This document shows, one piece after another, positions 57,162 to 64,000 of a DNA stretch of 64,000 bases. The translations under genes and the position numbers were made by a program. This DNA is from Terriglobia bacterium (GTDB lineage: Bacteria; Acidobacteriota; Polarisedimenticolia; Polarisedimenticolales; JAIQFR01), in assembly GCA_963748015.1 (NCBI GenBank), contig CAVVHE010000004.1, positions 384,001-448,000 of the forward strand. The letters run 5' to 3'. The first letter of the stretch is position 1. Each line of letters begins with the position of its first letter. The notes under the pieces are model-generated. The model worked only from the letters and a program-made list of their open reading frames with translations. It was not told the origin of the DNA and ran no database searches.

Positions 57162-58877
57162 ATGGCGGTCAAACTGGGGGAAATGCTCCTGAAGGCCGGA
57201 CTGATCACCCAGGACCGGCTTCAGGAAGCGCTCGCGGCACAGAAGAAGAACGGGGGGAAGCTCGGCTACAACCTCGTGAAGCTGGGCTACGTCAAGGAAG
57301 ACGACATCACCCAGCTCCTCTCCGAGCAGTACGGCGTCCCGTCGATCAACCTCCGGCACTTCGAGATCGACGAGACCGTCATCACCCTGATCCCGTCGGA
57401 GGTCGCGCAGAAGTACCTCGTCCTTCCGGTGAACCGCACGGGCGCCACGCTCACCATCGCGATGGCGGATCCGACCAACGTGTTCGCGATGGACGACGTG
57501 CGCTTCATGACCGGCTACACGGTCGAGCCGGTCGTGGCGAGCGAGATCGCGATCCGGGAGGCGATCGAGAAGTACTACGGCTCGACCCACGCGCTCGAGC
57601 TCAAGAAGGTCATGGACGAGATGGCCGAGGCCGAGGCCGAGGCCCTCGAGCTCCTGGACGACGAAGAGGAGCTCGACGTCCACGAGCTCGAGGCGGCCAC
57701 CGAGGAGGCTCCGGTCGTCCGACTCGTGAACATCATCCTGACCGACTCGATCAAGAAGACCGCCTCCGACATCCACATCGAGCCGTACGAGAAGGACTTC
57801 CGGGTCCGGCTCCGGATCGACGGCGTGCTCTACGAGATCATGCACCCGCCGATGAAGCTGAAGGACGCCATCACGAGCCGTCTCAAGATCATGGCGAAGC
57901 TCGACATCTCGGAGAAGCGGCTCCCGCAGGACGGTCGCATCAAGATCAAGATGAAGCTCCAGGGGAAGTCGAAGGAGATGGACTACCGCGTCTCGGTCCT
58001 TCCCACCCTGTTCGGGGAGAAGATCGTGCTTCGGCTCCTCGACAAGGACAACCTGGTGCTCGACATGACCCGGCTCGGATTCGAGTCGGAATCGCTGGTG
58101 AAGTTCGAGCGGCAGATCCTCAAGCCGTACGGGATGGTCCTCGTGACCGGTCCCACCGGCTCCGGCAAGACCAACACGCTCTACTCCTCGATCGCGAGGG
58201 TCAACACGCCGGAGACCAACATCCTGACGGCGGAAGATCCCGTGGAGTTCAACCTGCACGGGATCAACCAGGTGCAGATGAAGGAGCAGATCGGCCTGAA
58301 CTTCGCGACCGCGCTGCGCTCCTTCCTGCGGCAGGACCCCAACATCATCCTGGTGGGCGAGATCCGGGACTTCGAGACCGCGGAGATCGCCGTCAAGGCC
58401 GCGCTCACCGGGCACCTCGTCCTGTCCACGCTGCACACGAACGACGCGCCGTCCACGATCAACCGCCTGATGAACATGGGGATCGAGCCGTTCCTCGTGG
58501 CCACGTCGGTGAACCTGATCTGCGCCCAGCGCCTCGTCCGGCGGATCTGCAGGGAGTGCAAGGACGAGATCCACATGCCCGCGCAGGCGCTCGCGGACGT
58601 GGGCTTCCCCATCGAGGAGGCGCCGCGCCTGAAGCTCTACAAGGGGCGCGGGTGCGCGAACTGCAACAACACCGGCTACCGCGGCCGCGTCGGCCTCTTC
58701 GAGGTCATGGAGATCACCGACGAGATCCGCGAGCTGATCCTCTCCGGGGCGTCGGCCATGGAGCTGAGGCGGAAGGCGATCGACGAGGGAATGCTCACGC
58801 TCCGCGCATCCGGCCTGCAGAAGCTCCGCGAGGGTCACACGACCGTCGAGGAAGTCGTCCGGGAGACCGTGCTCTAG
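57162..58877 (+). CDS. pilB: Type IV pilus extension ATPase PilB with MshEN domain
   Basis: KLGEMLLKAGLI N-terminus, ASDIHIEP, PQDGR, GPTGSGKT, LRQDP, CxxC...CxxC, GYRGR. Confidence 0.97.
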   Translation: MAVKLGEMLLKAGLITQDRLQEALAAQKKNGGKLGYNLVKLGYVKEDDITQLLSEQYGVPSINLRHFEIDETVITLIPSEVAQKYLVLPVNRTGATLTIAMADPTNVFAMDDVRFMTGYTVEPVVASEIAIREAIEKYYGSTHALELKKVMDEMAEAEAEALELLDDEEELDVHELEAATEEAPVVRLVNIILTDSIKKTASDIHIEPYEKDFRVRLRIDGVLYEIMHPPMKLKDAITSRLKIMAKLDISEKRLPQDGRIKIKMKLQGKSKEMDYRVSVLPTLFGEKIVLRLLDKDNLVLDMTRLGFESESLVKFERQILKPYGMVLVTGPTGSGKTNTLYSSIARVNTPETNILTAEDPVEFNLHGINQVQMKEQIGLNFATALRSFLRQDPNIILVGEIRDFETAEIAVKAALTGHLVLSTLHTNDAPSTINRLMNMGIEPFLVATSVNLICAQRLVRRICRECKDEIHMPAQALADVGFPIEEAPRLKLYKGRGCANCNNTGYRGRVGLFEVMEITDEIRELILSGASAMELRRKAIDEGMLTLRASGLQKLREGHTTVEEVVRETVL

Positions 58878-58927
58878 CGAGAAACCGGGCCGCCGCGCGA
58901 TCGCGCGGCGGCTCCCGAGGAGACCTC

Positions 58928-60061
58928 ATGAGCGTCACGATGCACCAGCTGCTCAAGACCCTCGTGGACCAGGGGGGCACCGACCTCCACGTCACCACGA
59001 ACTCCCCCCCGCAGATCCGGATCGACGGGAAGATGGTCCCGCTCCAGCTTCCGCCGTTCACCGCCTCGGAGACGAAGCAGCTGGTCTACAGCGTGCTGAC
59101 CGATAACCAGAAGCACCGGCTCGAGGAGACCCTCGAGCTCGACTTCTCGTTCGGCGTGAAGGGGCTCGCGCGCTTCCGCGCGAACGTCTTCTTCCAGCGG
59201 GGCGCCACGGCGGGGGCGTTCCGGACGATCCCGTGGGAGATGCGGAGCTTCAAGGACCTCGGCCTCCCCGACGTCGTGGGGGCCCTCTGCGAGAAGCCGC
59301 GCGGCCTGATCCTCGTCACCGGCCCCACCGGCTCCGGAAAGTCCACGACCCTCGCGGCGATGCTCGACAAGGTCAACGCCGAGCGCCACGAGCACATCGT
59401 GACGATCGAGGATCCGATCGAGTACCTGCACTCCCACAAGAAGTGCCTCGTGAACCAGCGGGAGCTGCACGCCGACACCCACTCGTTCGCCAACGCCCTG
59501 CGATCGGTGCTCCGCCAGGACCCCGACGTCGTGCTCATCGGCGAGATGCGGGACCTCGAGACGATCGAGTCCGCGCTGCGCATCGCGGAGACCGGCCACC
59601 TCACGTTCGCCACGCTGCACACCAACTCGGCCGCCCAGACCATCAACCGGATCATCGACGTCTTTCCCGCGCACCAGCAGTCGCAGATCCGCGCGCAGCT
59701 GTCGTTCGTGCTCGAGGGGATCATGTGCCAGTCGCTGCTCCCGCGCGCGAACGGCCACGGCCGCGCCCTGGCGCTCGAGATCCTGATCCCGAACTCGGCC
59801 ATCCGGAACCTGATCCGCGAGGACAAGGTCCACCAGATCTACTCCGCGATGCAAACCGGCCAGGCCCACTTCGGGATGCAGACGTTCAACCAGTCCCTGG
59901 CCACCCTGTTCTTCAAGAAGCAGATCACCCTGCAGCTGGCCATGTCGATGACCTCCAACCCCGACGAGCTCCAGGAGATGATCAATCGGGGCGCGGGGCT
60001 CATCAACTCCCCCAACACCGCCGCTGGAGCCGCCCAGCGCGGACCGGCCGTACGGCGCTGA
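58928..60061 (+). CDS. pilT: Type IV pilus retraction ATPase PilT
   Basis: TDLH, GPTGSGKSTTLA, TIEDPIEY, LRQDPD, AIRNLIRE, GMQTFNQ. Confidence 0.97.
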   Translation: MSVTMHQLLKTLVDQGGTDLHVTTNSPPQIRIDGKMVPLQLPPFTASETKQLVYSVLTDNQKHRLEETLELDFSFGVKGLARFRANVFFQRGATAGAFRTIPWEMRSFKDLGLPDVVGALCEKPRGLILVTGPTGSGKSTTLAAMLDKVNAERHEHIVTIEDPIEYLHSHKKCLVNQRELHADTHSFANALRSVLRQDPDVVLIGEMRDLETIESALRIAETGHLTFATLHTNSAAQTINRIIDVFPAHQQSQIRAQLSFVLEGIMCQSLLPRANGHGRALALEILIPNSAIRNLIREDKVHQIYSAMQTGQAHFGMQTFNQSLATLFFKKQITLQLAMSMTSNPDELQEMINRGAGLINSPNTAAGAAQRGPAVRR

Positions 60062-60084
60062 CGCCGCGCTAGGAGGAACCGTCG

Positions 60085-61287
60085 ATGCCGAATTACGCAT
60101 GGAAGGGGAAGACGCGGGCCGGCAAGATCCAGGAAGGGGTCTTGGTGGCCGAGACCAAGGACGCCGCGATCGCCGCGCTGCGCAAGCAGCAGATCATGGT
60201 CACGGCGGTGACGGAGAAGGGGAAGGAGATCGCGCTCCCGAAGTTCGGCGGCGGGATCAGCAAGAAGGAGATCGCGATCTTCACGCGGCAGTTCTCGGTG
60301 ATGATCGACGCCGGGCTTCCGCTGGTCCAGTGCCTCGAGATCCTCGGCTCCCAGCAGGACAACCGGATCTTCCAGAAGGTGCTTTTCCAGGTCCGGCAGG
60401 ACGTCGAGTCCGGCTCGACCCTCGCCGACGCGCTCCGGAAGCACCCGAAGGCGTTCGACGACCTCTACTGCAACATGGTGGCCGCGGGCGAGTCGGGGGG
60501 TATCCTCGACACGATCCTGCAGCGGCTCTCCCAGTACATCGAGAAGATCGTCAAGCTGCGCGCCGCGGTGCGCTCCGCCATGGTCTACCCGGTCGCGGTC
60601 ATCGTCATCGCGATCGGCGTGGTGTGGATCATCCTCTGGAAGGTCATCCCCACGTTCGCGACGCTGTTCGAGGGGCTCGGCGCCCAGCTGCCGCTTCCGA
60701 CCCGCATCACCATCGCGCTATCGAACTTCATCGGGGCCTGGTGGTGGCTCGTGTTCCTGGCGCTCGGCCTCGGGATCTTCGCCCTGAACCGCTACCACAA
60801 GACCTATCAGGGGCGCCGCGTCATCGACGGGCTGCTCCTGAAGGCGCCGGTGCTCGGGCAGGTGCTGCGCAAGATCGCGGTGGCGCGCTTCTGCCGGACG
60901 CTCGGAACCCTCGTCTCCTCGGGCGTGCCGATCCTCGAGGGACTGGCGATCACGGCGCGGACCGCCGGGAACGCCGTCGTCGAGGACGCGATCATGGCGA
61001 CGCGGAAGAGCATCGAGGAAGGCAAGACGATCGCGGAGCCCCTCAGGAACACCGACGTGTTTCCGCCGATGGTGGTCCAGATGGTGGCGGTCGGCGAGCA
61101 GACCGGCGCCCTCGAGACCATGCTGAACAAGATCGCCGACTTCTACGAGGACGAGGTGGACGAGGCCACCGCGAACCTGCTGGCGTTGCTCGAACCGATC
61201 ATGATCATGTTCCTCGGCGGCGTCATCGGCGGCATCGTGATCTCGATGTACATGCCGATGTTCTCCCTCATCTCGAAGATCGGCTGA
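60085..61287 (+). CDS. pilC: Type IV pilus platform protein PilC (GspF family)
   Basis: FTRQFSVMIDAG, AGESGG, SAMVYP, GEQTG, LLEPIM, MYMPMF. Confidence 0.96.
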   Translation: MPNYAWKGKTRAGKIQEGVLVAETKDAAIAALRKQQIMVTAVTEKGKEIALPKFGGGISKKEIAIFTRQFSVMIDAGLPLVQCLEILGSQQDNRIFQKVLFQVRQDVESGSTLADALRKHPKAFDDLYCNMVAAGESGGILDTILQRLSQYIEKIVKLRAAVRSAMVYPVAVIVIAIGVVWIILWKVIPTFATLFEGLGAQLPLPTRITIALSNFIGAWWWLVFLALGLGIFALNRYHKTYQGRRVIDGLLLKAPVLGQVLRKIAVARFCRTLGTLVSSGVPILEGLAITARTAGNAVVEDAIMATRKSIEEGKTIAEPLRNTDVFPPMVVQMVAVGEQTGALETMLNKIADFYEDEVDEATANLLALLEPIMIMFLGGVIGGIVISMYMPMFSLISKIG

Positions 61288-61331
61288 TCGCTCGCGGGCA
61301 CGGGCGCGAGGGAACGGCGGGACGGCCGGCG

Positions 61332-63023
61332 ATGAACCGCGACGAGATGGAACGGCACCTCCGGTGGCTGATGATCCTCAGGGTCGTCACCGTGACCGCC
61401 ATCCTCATCTCGGCGTTCGCCATCGAGCTGCTGCTCCGGCCCGGCGAGACCCTGCGGCCGCTCTTCGGCCTGTCGGCGGCCGCGTACGGCATGGTGCTGC
61501 TGTACGCGGCGCTCGACCGCTGGCTCAAGGGGCGGGGCGCCTTCGTCTTCCTCCAGCTCGCGGGCGACAGCCTCGTGGTCACCGGCTTCGTCCGGATCAC
61601 GGGCGGGATCGACAGCCCGATGTCGTTCCTGTACCTGCTGCCGATCATCGTCGCCGCGATGCTGCTCTACCGGAAGGGCGGATTGGCGTTCGCCGGCGTG
61701 TGCTGGGCGATGTACGCCGCGCTGGTCCTCTTCGGCGCCTCGTGGGGTCCGTGGGGGGTGGCGGCGGCCGCCGCCCGGGAGCCCGGGCGGGCCGGGTACT
61801 TCCTGGTGGTCCACCTGGTCGCGTTCGTCGCGGTGGCCCTCCTCGCGAGCTACCTGTCCGAGCGGCTCAGGGCCCAGGGGAGCGAGCTCGACGAGCGGCG
61901 AGGCGCCGTGGCCCGCCTCCAGGCGCTGAACGAGAACATCATCGAGTCCATCAACAGCGGGCTCGTCACGACCGACCTCGAGGGGCGGATCAATTTCATG
62001 AACCGGGGGGCCTCGGAGATCACGGGGTGCTCCGCGGCCGACGTCGCGGGCCGGCCGTTCGGTGAATGGCTCGGGGAGGGCGAGGACTTCCTCCGGACGA
62101 TCCGGAATCGGCTACTGGCCAACCGGCGGCACCGCTTCGAGCGCTACTTCGACACTCCGGACGGCCGCCGGCTCTTCCTGGGCATCGCGGTCTCGAACCT
62201 CCACGATCGGGCCGGTAGCCCGCTCGGCTACATCTTCATCTTCCAGGACCTGACCGAGATCCAGGCCCTCGAGCAGGAGGTCCGGCTCAAGGAGCGGATG
62301 GCCGCGCTCGGCGAGATGGCGGCGGGGATGGCCCACGAGCTCCGCAACCCCCTGGCCGCGATCAGCGGCGCGGTGCAGTACCTGAAGGGCCGTCTCGATT
62401 CGGACGGGGACACCCTGGAGCTGATGGACATCATCTTGCGGGAGTCCCAGCGGCTCGACCGGGCGATCCGCGACTTCCTCACGTTCGCCCGTCCGGGCAC
62501 GTTCGCTCCGGAGAGGTGCGACCTGGTCCGGCTGCTCGACGATCAGCTCAAGCTGTTGAGGAAGAGCCGGGAGATCTGCCGGGAGCACCGCATCGAGACC
62601 CGCTGGGCCTCCGAGCAGGTCTGGTGCGAGGCCGATCCCAACCGGATGAAGCAGGTCTTCTGGAACCTGGCCACCAACGCCCTCAAGGCGATGCCCCAGG
62701 GCGGAACGCTCTCTCTCTCGGTAGCCCCGATCCCGGCGGCGGGCCAGGTCGAGATCCTCTTCGTGGACGACGGGGTGGGCATGGACGAGAAGGACGTCGC
62801 CGCCTACTTCCAGCCGTTCCGCAGCCGCTTCGACGAAGGGACCGGGCTGGGTGCCGCCATCGTCTACCGCCTCGTGGAAGAGCACGGCGGCCGGATCGCC
62901 GTCGTGAGCCGGCCGGGGAAGGGGACGCAGGTGAAGATCCTCTTGCCGGTTCGTTCGAGGGCCGCCGCGGCGGCGGTCGCGCCGGTGCCCGAGCCGGCGT
63001 ACGCGGAAGGAGCGACGCGTTGA
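61332..63023 (+). CDS. pilS: PilS-type sensor histidine kinase (TM, PAS, HisKA, HATPase)
   Basis: Multi-TM N-terminus with [39 protein letters not shown]. Confidence 0.9.
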   Translation: MNRDEMERHLRWLMILRVVTVTAILISAFAIELLLRPGETLRPLFGLSAAAYGMVLLYAALDRWLKGRGAFVFLQLAGDSLVVTGFVRITGGIDSPMSFLYLLPIIVAAMLLYRKGGLAFAGVCWAMYAALVLFGASWGPWGVAAAAAREPGRAGYFLVVHLVAFVAVALLASYLSERLRAQGSELDERRGAVARLQALNENIIESINSGLVTTDLEGRINFMNRGASEITGCSAADVAGRPFGEWLGEGEDFLRTIRNRLLANRRHRFERYFDTPDGRRLFLGIAVSNLHDRAGSPLGYIFIFQDLTEIQALEQEVRLKERMAALGEMAAGMAHELRNPLAAISGAVQYLKGRLDSDGDTLELMDIILRESQRLDRAIRDFLTFARPGTFAPERCDLVRLLDDQLKLLRKSREICREHRIETRWASEQVWCEADPNRMKQVFWNLATNALKAMPQGGTLSLSVAPIPAAGQVEILFVDDGVGMDEKDVAAYFQPFRSRFDEGTGLGAAIVYRLVEEHGGRIAVVSRPGKGTQVKILLPVRSRAAAAAVAPVPEPAYAEGATR

Positions 63024-64000
63024 ACAGGATCCTGGTGGTCGAGGACGAGAAGAGCATGCGGGATCTGCTCGCGCTGATGCTGCGCAAGGAGGGGTACGAC
63101 GTCGATACGGCGGAGTCGGCGGTCGAGGCGCGCAGGCGGATGGAGGCCGGGCGCGACGGGGCCCCCGATCTCTTGATCAGCGACATCAGCATGCCGGGGA
63201 TGTCCGGGCTCGAGCTGCTCCGGTTCGTGCGGAAGGGGGCGCCCGAGACCGCGGTCATCCTGATGACGGCCTACGGCTCGAAGGAGACCGCGATCGAGGC
63301 GCTCAACGACGGCGCCCTGTACTACGTCGAGAAGCCGTTCGACCTCGACGAGGTGAAGGCCGTCGTCCGGAAGACGATGGAGCAGAAGCGGCTCGCGGCG
63401 GAGAACGAAGCGCTCCGCGTGCAGAACCGCGGGCTCCGCGCCGAGCTCGAGGAGAAGTACCGCTTCGACGGGCTCGTCGGCCGCAGCTCGAAGATGCGGG
63501 CGATCTTCGACCTGATCGAGCGCGTGGCCACGACGGGCAGCACCATCATGATCTCGGGGGAGTCCGGCACCGGGAAGGAGCTGATCGCGCGCGCGATCCA
63601 CTACAACTCCGGGCGCAAGGACGGCGCGTTCGTGTCCATCAACTGCGGCGCGCTTCCCGACGAGCTGCTCGAGAGCGAGCTGTTCGGCCACATGAAGGGA
63701 TCGTTCACCGGGGCCTCCGCGACCAAGAAGGGGCTGTTCGAGGTGGCGAGCGGCGGGACGATCTTCCTGGACGAGATCGGCGAGACCTCTCCCGCCATGC
63801 AGATCAAGCTCCTCCGCGTGCTGCAGGAGCGGAAGATCCGGCGCGTCGGCGGGACCGAGGAGATCGACGTCGACGTCCGGGTGATCACGGCGACGAACCA
63901 GGAACTCGAGAGGATGGTGCGGGAGAAGCGCTTCCGGGAAGACCTGTTCTACCGGATCAACGTGATCCCGATCCGGATGCCCGCGCTCCGCGAGAAGCCC
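63020..64000 (+). CDS. pilR: PilR-type sigma54-dependent response regulator (truncated by window end)
   Basis: Not in the ORF track because it has no stop. TTG start, [53 protein letters not shown]. Confidence 0.9.
   Translation, partial: MNRILVVEDEKSMRDLLALMLRKEGYDVDTAESAVEARRRMEAGRDGAPDLLISDISMPGMSGLELLRFVRKGAPETAVILMTAYGSKETAIEALNDGALYYVEKPFDLDEVKAVVRKTMEQKRLAAENEALRVQNRGLRAELEEKYRFDGLVGRSSKMRAIFDLIERVATTGSTIMISGESGTGKELIARAIHYNSGRKDGAFVSINCGALPDELLESELFGHMKGSFTGASATKKGLFEVASGGTIFLDEIGETSPAMQIKLLRVLQERKIRRVGGTEEIDVDVRVITATNQELERMVREKRFREDLFYRINVIPIRMPALREKP

Noticed and set aside
57137..63023. Apparent giant fusions (974 aa ORFs 57137-60061 and 60099-63023; likewise 28757-32266 and 42292-44802)
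   Set aside because: The N-terminal parts are shadow frames over upstream genes; real starts are at 58928 (pilT), 61332 (pilS), 29564 (radical SAM) and 43615 (secF).

Overview
High-GC bacterial chromosomal window, mostly + strand. Gene content and order suggest an Acidobacteriota- or Myxococcota/delta-like organism (inference only). It carries about 57 genes: nadA, dxs, erpA, dgt, a SurA/PpiD foldase, mreBCD-mrdA-rodA with a fused B12 radical SAM and RNase G/E, sppA, a feoB operon, gmhA, pgeF, yajC-secD-secF, relA/spoT, ridA, rpmB, and a type IVa pilus locus (pilMNOPQ, accBC, pilB-pilT-pilC-pilS-pilR, the last truncated by the window edge). I found no rRNA, tRNA, CRISPR array or transposase. 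The most notable items are: (1) a compact cluster of CoA-transferase-GNAT fusion, Acs-like ligase, stand-alone acyl carrier protein, two PLP alpha-oxoamine synthases and an acylating aldehyde dehydrogenase, which looks like an uncharacterised ACP-dependent aminoketone pathway; (2) a ComEA-like helix-hairpin-helix domain inserted in the extracytoplasmic loop of SecF; (3) four copies of a ~55-60 bp palindromic REP-like repeat, each just after a stop codon; (4) an atypical Feo operon with a Cys-rich miniprotein and a DtxR-FeoA fusion whose DNA-binding helix looks degenerate; (5) an MglC-like roadblock gene inside the pilus locus. Several single-base frameshifts are probably sequencing or assembly errors. 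All family assignments come from motif recognition, not database searches.
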